Assembly: GCF_001194135.2 (NCBI RefSeq)
Contig: NC_068987.1
Coordinates: forward strand, 21,697,454 to 21,738,413
Source of the DNA: Octopus bimaculoides
Lineage: Eukaryota
Direction: 5' to 3'
Length of the DNA stretch: 40,960 nt
Within the stretch, counting starts at the first letter, position 1. Each line of letters starts with the position of its first letter. Shown here piece after piece: positions 1-12,819 of the stretch. Position numbers and translations under genes: made by a program. Below the pieces are notes generated by a model that ran no database searches, had not been told where the DNA came from, and worked only from the letters and a program-made list of their open reading frames with translations.

Positions 1-2078
1 GTCGCACAGCCCGTCTCCCTGCCCAGCAGTCCATCGCACAGCCCGTCTCCCTGCCCAGCTGTCCATCGCACAGCCCGTCTCCCTGCCCAGCTGTCCATCA
101 CACAGCCCGTCTCCCTACCTGTCCGTTAAACAGCCCGTCTCCCTACCTGTCCGTTAAACAGCCTGTCTGTTACACAGCCTGTTTGCCTACCTGTCCATTG
201 CACAGCCCGTCTGTTACACAGCCTGTTTGCCTACCTGTCCATTGCACTGCCTGTCTGTTACACAGCCTGTCCCTCTACCTACTGGTTACACAGCCTGTCT
301 GTCTACCTGACAGTTACACAGCCTGTCTCTGTACCTGGCGGTGGCACAGTCTCTCGCTTTCTACCTGTCCATCACACAGTCTGTCTGTCTCTCTCTCTCC
401 CTGTCCATCGCACAGTCTGTCTCTCTCCCTGTCCATCGCACAGTCTGTCTCTCTCCCTGTCCATCGCACAGTCTGTCTCTCTCCCTGTCCATCGCACAGT
501 CTGTCTCTCTCTCTGTCCATCAAACAGTCTGTCTCTCTCCCTGTCCATCAAAGAGTCTGTCTCTCTCCCTGTCCATCAAACAGTCTGTCTCTGTCCCTGT
601 CCATCACACAGTCTGTCTCTCTCCCCCTGTCTATCACACAGTCTGTCTCTCTCTCTACTTGTCCATCAAACAGTCTGTCTCTCTCCCTGNNNNNNNNNNN
701 NNNNNNNNNNNNNNNNNNNNNNNNNNNNNNNNNNNNNNNNNNNNNNNNNNNNNNNNNNNNNNNNNNNNNNNNNNNNNNNNNNNNNNNNNNNNNNNNNNNN
801 NNNTCTCCCTGTCCATCACACAGCCTGTCGCTCTCCCTGTCCATCACACTGTCTGTCGCTCTCCCTGTCCATCACACTGTCTGTCGCTCTCCCTGTCCAT
901 CACACTGTCTGTCGCTCTCCCTGTACATCACACTGTCTGTCTCTCTCCCTGTCCATCACACAGCCTGTCTCTCTCTCTACTTGTCCATCAAACAGTCTGT
1001 CTCTCTCCCTGTCCATCAAACAGTCTGTCTCTCTCCCTGTCCATCAAACAGTCTGTCTCTCTCCCTGTCCATCACACAGCCTGTCGCTCTCCCTGTCCAT
1101 CACACTGTCTGTCGCTNNNNNNNNNNCTGTCCATCAAACAGTCTGTCTCTCTCCCTGTCCATCACACAGCCTGTCGCTCTCCCTGTCCATCACACTGTCT
1201 GTCGCTCTCCCTGTCCATCACACTGTCTGTCGCTCTCCCTGTCCATCACACTGTCTGTCTCTCTCCCTGTACATCACACTGTCTGTCTACCTGTCCACAC
1301 AGTCTCTCTCTCTCTACCTGTACATCACACCATCTGTCTCTTTCTACCTGTCCACCATCAAACTTTGGTCTCTCTATACCTGTCCATCATGCAGTCTGTC
1401 TCTCCCTGCCTGTTCATCACACAGTCTGTCTCTCTCCGTATCCATCACACAGTCTGTCTCTCTCCGTATCCATCACACAGTCTGTCTCTCTCTACTTGTC
1501 CATCCCACAGTCTGTCTCTTTCCCTGTCCGTCCAGCAGTCTGTCTCTCTAACTAGCCATCCAGTATTCTATCTCTCTACCTTTCCATCTAGTAGTCTGTC
1601 TCTCTACATCTCTGTCTAGCAGTCTGCCTCTCTAGCAGTCCGTCTCTGCACCTGTCCGTCTAGCAGTCCATGTCTCCACCTGTCCGTCTAGAAGTCCGTG
1701 TCTCCACCTGTTTGTCTAGCAGTCCATCGCTCTACCTATCCGTCTAGCAGTCTGTCACTCTGCCTGTCCGTCTAGAAGTCCGTGTCTCCACCTGTCCGTC
1801 TAGCAGTTCGTTGCTCTACCTGTCCATCTAGCAGTCCATCGCTCTACCTGTCCGTCTAGCAGTCTGTCGCTCTACCTGTCCGTCTAGCAGTCCGTCGCTC
1901 TACCTGTCCGCCTAGCAGTCCGTCGCTCTACCTGTCCGTCTAGCAGTCCGTCGCTCTACCTGTCCGTCTAGCAGTCCGTCGCTCTACCTGTCCATCTAGC
2001 AGTCCGTCACTCCACCTGTCCGTCTAGTTGTCTGTTGCTCCACCTGTCTGTCTAGCAGTCTGTCTCTCCACCTGTCTG
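1..2078. repeat. ~28-bp minisatellite array with variant blocks (contains two N gaps)
   Basis: Units such as CTCCCTGTCCATCACACAGTCTGTCTCT and CTACCTGTCCGTCTAGCAGTCCGTCGCT (28 bp), with a 32-bp variant at the start. Confidence 0.95.
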
Positions 2079-2099
2079 ATATATATACATACATACATA

Positions 2100-2155
<56 letters not shown>

Positions 2156-2167
2156 TGTATATATACG

Positions 2168-2220
2168 GGGATGTAAACACACCCGCATCGGTTGTCAAGC
2201 GATGTTGGTGGGACAAACAT

Positions 2221-2269
<49 letters not shown>

Positions 2270-2416
2270 CATATATACGACAGACTTCTTTCATTTTCCG
2301 TCTACCAAATCCACTCACAAGGCTTTGGTCGGCCTGAGGCTATAGTAGAAGACACTTGCCCAAGGTGCCGGAACCATGTGGTTGGTAAGCAAGCTACTTA
2401 CCACACAGCCACTCCT
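2168..2416 (-). mobile_element. tRNA-derived SINE (family 1), with a short deletion spanning the B box
   Basis: Matches the copies at 8544-8943 and 33301-33710 but lacks the acgcagtgggactgaacc segment. Confidence 0.85.
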
Positions 2417-2772
2417 ACGCCCAGTAGTTCATATATCTGAAAAAGAAGCACACTCTAAAACATTAGAGGAGTAATATATTTTCTAGGACGTTGATTGTTA
2501 TGGCTAGTCAGAGAGTGGCTATTAGTTTTGCACAAAAAGCGCTTAGCTGTATATGTGACTTGGCCATTTGAATCTGTTGAGTCACCCGAATGGCTAAGTG
2601 CTTTATAGGTGTGAGACCAATGGTAACTCATTGACCAGCTTCCTAAAATATATATATATGTGGTAAGAAGCTTGCTTCCCAACCACATGGATCTGGGTTC
2701 AGTTCCACTGAACTACTACAGCCTCAGGCAAACCAAAGTCTTGTGAGTGGATTTGGTAGATAGAAACTGAAA

Positions 2773-3010
2773 GGTGGTGAGCTGGCAGAAACGTTAGCAC
2801 ATCGGGCGAAATGCGTAGTGGTATTTCGTCTGCCGCTACGTTTTGAGTTCAAATTCCAATTCCGCCGAGGTCAACTTTGCCTTTCATCCTTTCGGGATCG
2901 ATAAATTAAGTACCAGTTACACACTGGTGTCAATGTAATCGACTTAACCCCTTTGTCTGTCCTTGTTTGTCCTCTCTATGTTTAGCCCCTTGTGGGCAAT
3001 AAAGAAATAA
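2773..3010 (+). mobile_element. tRNA-derived SINE (family 2) inserted into a family 1 SINE, with 10-bp TSD
   Basis: A-box-like TGGCAGAAACG and B-box-like GAGTTCAAATTCC. Flanked by gaaactgaaa (2763-2772) and gaaattgaaa (3011-3020). Confidence 0.85.
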
Positions 3011-4170
3011 GAAATTGAAAGAAGCCCGTTGTGTGTGTGTGTGTGTGTGTATATATGTGTCTATGTATATGTTTGTTTGTGTCTGTTTTTATCCACTGCT
3101 ACTGCTTGACAACCAGTGCTGGTGTGTTTACATCCCTGTAACTTAGCAGTTCAGCACAAGAGACCGATAGAGTAAGTACCAGGCTTTAAGAAATAAGTAC
3201 TGGGGTCAATACATTTAGCTAAAATTTCAAGGCAGTGCCCCGGTATAGCCACAGTGTTGGCCCCAGTATGGCCATGGTGTGTTGGTTACTTAGGGAGATT
3301 GAATTCACAGTCATAAGGTGATGGATGTGTCTTTGAGTAAGGCAACATTATTTTATGTCCTAGTCTCCTCAGCTGAAAATGAGTACTAGCTGAATGCTTG
3401 TACATATCTCTCTGTCTCTCACCCCCCCCCCCCTGCCAACTGTCAGTCTTAATGCTCCACTAAGTCAAGTGTGAGAAGGCTGAAAGGGGATGTTTTTGGT
3501 CTCAACCACATAGTCACCTAAAACAAGTAGTGCAAGTGGGGTACAAAATACCAGGTCATACCTGCGAGTATGGTTAAGCTTCAATTTGCATACAGGCATA
3601 GTGTGGCTGTGTGGTGTGATCAAAATGTTTGCTTCCCACCCACATGATTTCAGGTTCAGTCCCACTGTGTGGTACCTTGAGCTGACCAAAGTCTTGTCAA
3701 TGGATTTGGTAGATGGAAACTGAAAGAAGCTCATCATGCATGTGTGTATGGGTGATTGCGTTTGTGTTTCATTGTCTCAACATCATGTGATAGATGTAGA
3801 TGAGTATCAGTTTTATATATGTGGTGTCATCTATTTCCAATTTTCTGTGGAAACTTGTCTAATTTTGGGAAAATAAAACCTTACTTGGAAATGGGTGAGG
3901 GTTGGTGACAGGAAAGGCATCCATCCAAAGAAAATCTGCCTCAACAAATTCCATCCGAAGCATGCAAGCATAAAAAAGCGAACATAATCTGTTTGTCTTT
4001 TGCTTTCTCGAAGAAATTGATTCTGGTCAAACTTGAAGAGGGATGGACTCAGCCAGTTCTAAAAGTTGCAGAGAAACTTCGGTCAAGTTTCATGAATCTT
4101 TTGGGAGTCAGTTTAATATTTCCTGGCCTTTAAATACCAAACTGTTGCTGTATAGGTTTCTCTTGCAAAT

Positions 4171-4206
<36 letters not shown>

Positions 4207-4369
4207 TCTCAGGAGAAGGCAGTATATTGGCATGGCGTTTACTATATTGGCTAAAACAAAACTAAAATGAAGACTTGTGTATATATAAATATATGTACAC
4301 ACACATACGTGTCTCTATGTAAATGTACATGTACGTGCTTGCCTATTTATATATTCTTTTGTGTGTATA

Positions 4370-4859
4370 NNNNNNNNNNNNNNNNNNNNNNNNNNNNNNN
4401 NNNNNNNNNNNNNNNNNNNNNNNNNNNNNNNNNNNNNNNNNNNNNNNNNNNNNNNNNNNNNNNNNNNNNNNNNNNNNNNNNNNNNNNNNNNNNNNNNNNN
4501 NNNNNNNNNNNNNNNNNNNNNNNNNNNNNNNNNNNNNNNNNNNNNNNNNNNNNNNNNNNNNNNNNNNNNNNNNNNNNNNNNNNNNNNNNNNNNNNNNNNN
4601 NNNNNNNNNNNNNNNNNNNNNNNNNNNNNNNNNNNNNNNNNNNNNNNNNNNNNNNNNNNNNNNNNNNNNNNNNNNNNNNNNNNNNNNNNNNNNNNNNNNN
4701 NNNNNNNNNNNNNNNNNNNNNNNNNNNNNNNNNNNNNNNNNNNNNNNNNNNNNNNNNNNNNNNNNNNNNNNNNNNNNNNNNNNNNNNNNNNNNNNNNNNN
4801 NNNNNNNNNNNNNNNNNNNNNNNNNNNNNNNNNNNNNNNNNNNNNNNNNNNNNNNNNNN
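4370..4859. other. Assembly gap (other gaps: 690-803, 1117-1126, 19412-19552, 36682-36691)
   Basis: Runs of N, each flanked by tandem or simple repeats. Confidence 1.
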
Positions 4860-4894
<35 letters not shown>

Positions 4895-6469
4895 TCATCA
4901 TCATCGTTTAACGTCCGCTTTCCATGCTAGCATGGGTTGGATGATTTGACTGAGGACTGGTGAAACCGGATGGCAACACCAGGCTCCAATCTAATTTGGC
5001 AGAGTTTCTACAGCTGGATGCCCTTCCTAACGCCAACCACTCAGAGAGTGTGAGTATACTAATGATATATAAATTGAACAAGATCATTGCTTGAATTGAC
5101 AATGTTGTTACTATCAACACCAACTGCAACAACTTGGTACACGTATTAACGACAGAACTTGCATGTAGTCACTCAGCTTGCTAGAAGTAGCAACAAAATT
5201 TGCTTCAAGTTACCCACAGATGTCTTATAAGGACAATACAGAAGGTATGATATTCCTACATGCCTTTTAGGAAGGTGTGTTGGTCATGGCTGAAAAGCCT
5301 TAGAACATCGGTCTATTGCTCAGTGTTGACTTGGGGTAAAATAAATAACAAATCTGATATGATTATAATTAGGGAACTGTATACTATCTACATGGTGCTT
5401 GTGTGTGCACGTGCACACACACACATACATCACAGATGTGGTAAGAAGTTATGTGTGATTTTGTGTTTGTCCTCCTGATATTGGTGTGTTTGTGTCTCTG
5501 TAACTTAGTGGTTTGGCAAAAGACACTTATAGAATAAATACTAAGCTTACAAACAATAAGTCCTGGGGTCAATTTCTTCCACTAAAAACCGTTTAAGGCG
5601 GTGCTCCAGCATGACCACAGTCAAATGACTGGAGCAAGTAAAAGAATAAAAGAATATATATATATATAGATATAGTTTCAGTCATTTGACTGTGGCCATG
5701 CTGGGGTACCAGTTCAAGAAGTTTAGTCGAACAAATCAACCCCAGTACTTATTGTTTAAACCAAATACTAATTCTGTTGATTTCTTTTGCCAAACCACTA
5801 AGTTATAGGGATGTAAACAAATCAACACTAGATGTCAAACAATGGTGGTGGACAAACACAAAGACACACATAGATGCATTCAAACATGCATGTACACACA
5901 CACACACACGACAGGCTTCTTTCATTTTCCATCTACCAAATCCACTCACAAACCTTGGTCAGCTTGAGGCTAGAGTAGAAGGAAGACATTTGCCCAGAGT
6001 GTTATACCGTGGGACTGAATCCTGGACCATGTAGTTCAGAAGCAAACTCCTTACTATACACACAAACACACATATACATGCATATGTATACACATGCATA
6101 AATTTGTACACACACACACATTTTAATGTCCATTTTTTCCAAGTGAGTATTGGTTTGATGAAGACATTAAGACATTATTTTACTGCTGGATGCTTTTCCT
6201 AAAGCTAATGATTACCAGTTTTTACAAGTGAGGTTTTTTTTGTTTTACTTCAAAATTGCGAAGATATAAGGCGATTTTTAAAAAAAATGTTTTGTTTTTT
6301 AAAGTTGTTGACATAGTGTTGTCATTTATGCTTGAGGGATTTCATTCAACGACTAAACAGATTGTAAGCATTTGCACACATAAATACATATACTTCAATT
6401 TCATGTTGTGTGTCTCAATCAATAATATCAATGTAATCGAGTGGTCTTTATCCTCCAGTAGGGTGTGGA

Positions 6470-7094
6470 AATCTAAATAACATTTGTTGTAGCCTGCTGT
6501 TCAGCACAATAGCAGTGGCCAGCAATGCCTACCTTATGTTGAGTAATAATTACAACGATGGGTAAAATATACCCATAAATCTCTTCTTTATTCTTGTGAT
6601 CATGCCATGAGATATTTTGAGCCCTCATGAGAAGCCAGATGTATGTATATGCACCATTAAGGTGATCTTGAAGCCCAGGTTTTAGCTCCATAAAGAAAAA
6701 TGCTCTCTACATATTCTCTGAAGAAGGTAAGCATTGTTGACTGTAAAGCGCATCATTGCTAGATGTTTCAAAGCGTGATATAGGCACTCTAGGCTTGTCC
6801 CTTGCATGTAAGGAAGTCTTTCTTATTGCCAGCAACAAAGGACTCAAGAAACCAACCTCCTTGAGCCATGTGATATCATTGAAACAAATTGTCTGGTGGC
6901 TCTCATCTCCATTGAGAGCTTCTCCAGTGATTTACATTGTAAGAGAAACCACTGACCAGCATCAAGATGCATGGTTTCAGCATTTTAAATTGTTGTTTTG
7001 TAATATAGAGCTACATATCATCAAACTTGATAATCTTTTTCTCAACCACAAAGTTGCAGATGACCTATCGATCCTGACTGGCCAATTGACTTAA
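6470..7094 (-). mobile_element. Decayed RTE-type (RTE-X-like) LINE: RT C-terminal half to ORF end
   Basis: Minus-strand translation gives KKDFLTCKGQA*SA, FFREYVESIFLYGAKTW and NISWHDHKNKEEIYG...AGHCY, with stops and frameshifts. Confidence 0.8.
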
Positions 7095-7109
7095 ACTTAG
7101 GTGTATCGT

Positions 7110-7350
7110 GGACCTTAACCGAGTTTCCATGGCATGTGTAACTGAGATTACAACTCTTTCCCCTGAATGGGATGCCAGTCTATCACAGTGTTAACTTTCC
7201 AGCTATTGGTGGAACCTATTTGTAGCTGAGTGAAGTGGAGCAATGTGAAATGAAGTGTTTTGTTCAAGACCACAACACACTACTCAATCCAGGAATTTAA
7301 ACCATGATCTTACAATCATGTATGCAACACCCTAACTATTAAGCCATGTA
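7110..7350 (-). mobile_element. Degenerate tRNA-head, CORE-like SINE
   Basis: The reverse complement carries gtgttgtggtcttgaacaaaacacttcatttcacattgctccacttcactcagct, homologous to the body of the 24681-25020 element. Confidence 0.65.
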
Positions 7351-7439
7351 TCTTCACTTTTACTAAAATGCCTAAAAATATTAAAAAACGGAAAAAGAAA
7401 AAGAACACCAGGTCCAGATAACATTCTAGTCATTGTGTG

Positions 7440-8180
7440 AATCCACTTTTCCAGACACCTGTTAGAATTCTGTAATGAGATCTATAAAGGAAACACATTG
7501 ACAGCCTTCTTGAAGTCTTCAATTACTCTACTTCACCTGCCTCAAAACTTCAGGTCATCTTCACCTGCCTCAGAACTTCAGGTCATTTTCATCTGCCTCA
7601 CAACTACAGAAGAATTATTCTTCCATCTCTATCCTCAAAAATTTACAACTGTGGGCTCCTTAATAGAATTTCCCCTCACATTAATCCCCATCCTAAGACA
7701 GAACTAAAATGTTTTCTGCAAAGGCAAATCAACACTACCACAATGCATTTGATAGTATCAAGAAAAGAGCCATCTTAAATATCCTGTTGAACTATAGTGT
7801 CCCAGATGAGACTGTCATAGCTATAACCCTCAGGTATGAAAAGCCATGAATTTTTATTTCAATGTACAAGCAATCTAACTAAAAAGCTTCTAACAACAGC
7901 AGGAATCTTTCAGGGAGGTACCCTGGCCTTTCTGTTTGTGATTATAGTGAAGTACATCCTTAGTAAAGTCATGATCCCATTCACAACAAAAGCTTCACTC
8001 TCAAGCAGTCGTGATTGAAGCATCAACAAAATACTTACCTCTCTAACCGTGACTGTGTTGAAGATCTTGCCCTCACAGCTCAACTGTGTTACTGAGCTGT
8101 GCACAAGATTGGCTGACATCCCTTGAGCTGAAGTAAGTCTGTTTCTTAATCCATAAAAGACTGAATGCATGATTATTAGT
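7440..8180 (+). mobile_element. Decayed RTE-type LINE RT core fragment
   Basis: Plus-strand translation gives NAFDSI, AGIFQGGTLAFLFVIIVKYIL (GVLQGDTLAP-like) and LFLNP*KTECM. Confidence 0.8.
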
Positions 8181-8543
8181 GAAGGTGTTTTATATAGAAT
8201 CAGCTTCCATATAGTTGCATACCAATTCCACTCTCAAGACATTAGTTGATCCAGGGCATAAAGTAAAAGATACTTGCCCAATATACCATGCAATGGGTCT
8301 GAACCCCAAATCATATGCTTGTGAAACAAACTTCTTAAACATGCAGCCATGCTTGTACATGTATGTGTGCTAAATAATTATGCATAACACATGTATTAGG
8401 AACATAAGATAAATTGAGACTTTGAACAGATATACATACAAGCTGTTATTCTCTTTGCACAATGAAAATAATGGTGATTCTCTGGACATGTTTCACAATT
8501 CATTGACTCCAAATCAGAAGACATATATATATATATATATATA

Positions 8544-8943
8544 TTCTTTTATTCTTTTACTTGTTTCAGTCATTTGACTGTGGCCATGCTGGACCACCAC
8601 CTTTAGTCGAGCAAATCGACCCCGGGACTTATTCTTTGTAAGCCTAGTACTTATTCTATCAGTCTCTTTTGCCGAACCGCTAAGTGACGTGGACATAAAC
8701 ACACCAGCATCAGTTGTCAAGCAATGCTAGGGGGACAAACACAGACACAAACACACACACACACACATATATATATATACATATATACGACGAGCTTCTT
8801 TCAGTTTCCGTCTACCAAATCCACTCAAGGCTTTGGTTGGCCCGAGGCTATAGTAGAAGACACTTGCCCAAGGTGCCACGCAGTGGGACTGAACCCGGAA
8901 CCATGTGGTTGGTAAGCAAGCTACTTACCACACAGCCACTCCT
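8544..8943 (-). mobile_element. Full-length tRNA-derived SINE (family 1)
   Basis: Head on the minus strand is aggagtggctgtgtggtaag...gggttcagtcccac (A/B-box-like), followed by an internal (TA/CA)n tract and a simple-repeat tail. Confidence 0.9.
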
Positions 8944-11900
8944 GATATATATATATATCCTTCCTCTAACCCACTAGCATACTGTGTCTTCTCTCTGCCT
9001 TTTGAACTGTACTATAATGGTCTCTGCTTCTCAGCTGTCCTTCCTCGTGCCACTTCCCTTAGACAACCCTGACTCTCTGCTCTTCTCATTACCCATGTTG
9101 TGTCAGCTCACTCTCCTCCTCCATTAGGCCCCACAATAATCACTACACCTAGTCTTTCTTCCCCAGAACATTTGCTCCACTGGAATCTCTTCCCAGTGAA
9201 ATCTTTCCTACAGTTCAAGTGGAACATTAATGACATCAACTTCACTGCTGTTGGAGGGCCTGCAAAGGCCTTGGGCACTGTCCCTTCCTTCAAACTCACC
9301 TAGCACAAAAAAAAAAAAGGTCTTCTTCATATTTGTATATTAAAACCACAAACTCTAGTATGTTATGTATGTATGATGTGTCCAAGTGTAACTGCACTTG
9401 GGTTCAATCTGACTGTGCTGCACTTTGAGCAAGTATGTTCTTTTATAGCCCTGGGCTGAATTGATTTGGTAAATGGAAACTGAAAGAAGCCTGTCATACA
9501 TATACAAACATTTGTATATATGTGTTTGCATGTTCTCTTGCCTTGGCATCATGTAATGGTTGTAAATGAGCAGCACTCAAACAAGTGATGTTCTTCATTT
9601 GCTTCCTTGCATCCACAAAGGAAATTATTACCTTGCTTGGAAACAGGTGAGAGTTGGCAATAGGAAAGGCATCCAGCTATTAAAAACATTTCAAATTCCG
9701 TCTGACCTATGTGAGCATGGAAAAGTGGACGTTACGTGATATATAGGGAGCTGACAGTAGGTGTGTGTGCGTACATACACACATACCCTTTATATTTTTA
9801 TGTATATTGCTAGTGAGGTCAAAAGGTGACAGTTAATAGAACTTGAGGTCAACATCAGTGGAGGAACGAATTTATTTTGGTGAGGAAAGATGTGTGTGTG
9901 TGTATATGTATATATATATATATATACCTGCACACATATACATACGTCTATGCATATGTACACGGACACATATACCTACATGTACGGATAAATACATGTG
10001 TACACACTCACACACACACACACTTGTCCAACCGTTTGTTGTTTCATATCCTCCTATCTACTGCAATCACTATGTCTGCCTGTTTATAAGTGCCATTAGT
10101 GAGGTAACCCCTTGAGTTTCTGATACAGCATCTCTTTGACAAAGACGTTCCAGCTTTGCCCATCTCGTATTTCTGGATACCTAAGACAGTGTTATTCAAT
10201 ACATACATGCACGTATATATATATATATATATATATAAACCAGTGTCGGGTGATTTCAGGAAAATTTGATTATTACTTTCAGCACATCGAGCGGTCACAT
10301 ATAGGTTCTTTCTGTGTGTGTGTGCGTCCGCCCATAGCCTGCCTCACACTCACATTTATTATAATTACACGAACCTTCATTTAATTTTCGTAGTGTTCCT
10401 TCTTTTTGTCACACATTCTCTCTCTCTTTCACACACACACACACACATTCTCTCTGTCTCTCATACAAAAACTCTCTTCTTCATTCACATATACACACGC
10501 ACACACATACACATATATGCTCACCAGAACACTATTTTCCAGCTGATTTTTCTACTCTGGTTTATCATCGGTTTTTGAAAGTAGCAATAGTAGTCGTAGT
10601 GTTGCCAGCATTTTCATTTACTACTACTACTACTACCACCACCATCACCACTTCCACCAACATGACGATGACGACGGCGTCGTTAGCAGCAACCATTGTG
10701 GCTCCTTGGTTGAAAATGTCGTAAAGGTCTTTTTAAGAACCTCTTCTTACCTGCGCGCATACACACACACACACACACATACACACAATCGTGCAGACGC
10801 ACTGATGAAGAGAGATATGCTCTTATACACACACACACACATATTGACTGTTGTACATACATACTCACATATATGCACATGCACACACTGTTGTAAGAGA
10901 TACGTATACTAGCTCTCGTACATACACACATATACTGATTTACGTACACACACACACATTCTGACACTCATGAAGACCCATACACGCATAGAGCTACACT
11001 CGTGCTGACGGACACGCTCACTCACGCTCATATAATTACACTCGTGCAGACACACTCACATATACATATATTTGGGGAGAGAGAGAGAGAGAGAGACTCG
11101 GTTTCTTCATTGAGAAAAACTACTGAAATACACACAGCAATACACACACACACACACACACATGTCCGTACTTAGACACATATTACCTGTATACACATAG
11201 ATACGCGCCAACTAGGTAGCTTCTATTTGTAGTCCCTCAGCATGCTAGAAATAACAGCAAGATCTTCCTCAAATCATAATTTAAGGAAGAACTTCACTAA
11301 GGAAAGAACATATTGACTAAAGTAGGCCTAGATACACTGTGCCCGAAAGAAAAAAAATACTGTTGATGTTGTTGTTTAACCCCACGTCTGTCTTATTTTA
11401 TTCAGCTGATTATGATCAAAGCAGTTCCTGTCATAACCATTCCTTCTTCTTGTAGACCAGTGACTATAATTTTAGCGTTTTGTTTTTCTTTCCATTTTTT
11501 TTTATATGAGAGTAGATAGGATATCCATGGTTGGAACACATTTAGTTGTAGGTCTGCTCGACCTGGACTGGTTTTGATCTTAAACAACAATAACCTTGCC
11601 AAATATGTAAGGTCTGGGCAAACATGGCTGACGATAGAAGTAGTGAGGGGGGGGAGAGGAATTCGAAAACAAAATGTTACTTTGAATTTGTTTGTCTCTA
11701 TCAGTCTGTCTCTCTATCTTTCTGTGTCTTTTTGTTTCTCAGTCGCTTTGCGTCTCCCTCCCCTTTTATTTGTCTCTGTCTTTCTGTCTGTCTCTCTGTC
11801 AGTTGTCTCTTTCTCTGTCTTTGAGAGAGATTTCTTGTTTGCCACCCAAAATTTGGGAAATCTTACGTTGCAGTATCCCTCTCTTTTTCTCCCTCCTCCC

Positions 11901-12819
11901 TTCCGTCTTTCCCCTCATTCACTCACTACTACATACATAGGTGTGTGTGTGTTTTTCCAATTTTAATTGAGATAGAGGGACAGTACCCATAACCTCTACG
12001 ACTGGTGAGGTTGTTTGTTTAGCCCCAGGCAGACTCTGATTGAGCAGGCCTTTGATGACTAGTGTTTTAACTATGATCATTCCATTCTTTATCCAGATAT
12101 GTTATATCTATGTTTACATTATCTATTACCATCGTCATCAATTTAATCATTTTAATGTCAGCTTTTTCCATGCTTTCATGGGTCAAGAGGCAGTTTTCTT
12201 TGACTGAATGCCCTTCTTATTGCCAACTTTCACCTGTTGCCAAGCAAGGTATTATTTCCCTGTGGTTGGACATTTTCACAGAAGATGTTACTTGTATACA
12301 CATACACACTGCTTGTATGATAATAATGGTCATTTACAACTATCATGTAATGTCAAAACAAGGATACACATACATTCGCAACAAGTTTCTTTCAGTTTCC
12401 ATCTACCAAATCCACTTATGAGGCTTTGGTTTGCCTGGGATTGTAGAGAAAGACACTCACCCAAGGGGCCATACTTAATGCCTATTTTCCAGGCTGATAT
12501 GGATTAAATGGTTCAATAGAAGCCAGTGAACCAGAGGACTGCACCAAACCCTAATGTCTTCTTTGGCATGGTTTTTATGGCTTTATGCCTTTCCCAATGT
12601 CAACCACTTTGCAGAATACACTAGGTGCTTTTTTACATGGCCCAGCCCTAGAAAATTCACTGAGTAACTTGTAAGACCCCCCCTCAACTGATGAGGAATG
12701 CAATATTGAGGGAGATGGGTTTATGCTAGGTGAGGAGAGGTTAAAGCATGATACGGGGAACAGGAACAGATGTCATGCTGTAGCTCTTGTGCTGTAGTAA
12801 TAATGATAATGTCAGTAGT

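Noticed and set aside
183-1619. Long ORFs (478 and 404 aa) rich in S/L/P/C/H
   Set aside because: They are translations of the 28-bp minisatellite read through N gaps.
1-2078. CRISPR-like periodicity (28-32 bp), also at 28040-28276
   Set aside because: Units are directly adjacent with no unique spacers, there are no cas genes, and the context is eukaryotic.
4000-4135. Short open frame KLILVKLEEGWTQPVLKVAEKLR after a pyrimidine tract
   Set aside because: Vaguely HTH- or exon-like, but there is no partner exon, TIR or recognisable family.
4267-4949. ORFs of about 200 aa
   Set aside because: They consist almost entirely of N gap and (TA)n.
10795-10830. CTGATGA followed by the hairpin AAGAG...CTCTT
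   Set aside because: No GAAA or stem III follows, so it is not a hammerhead core.
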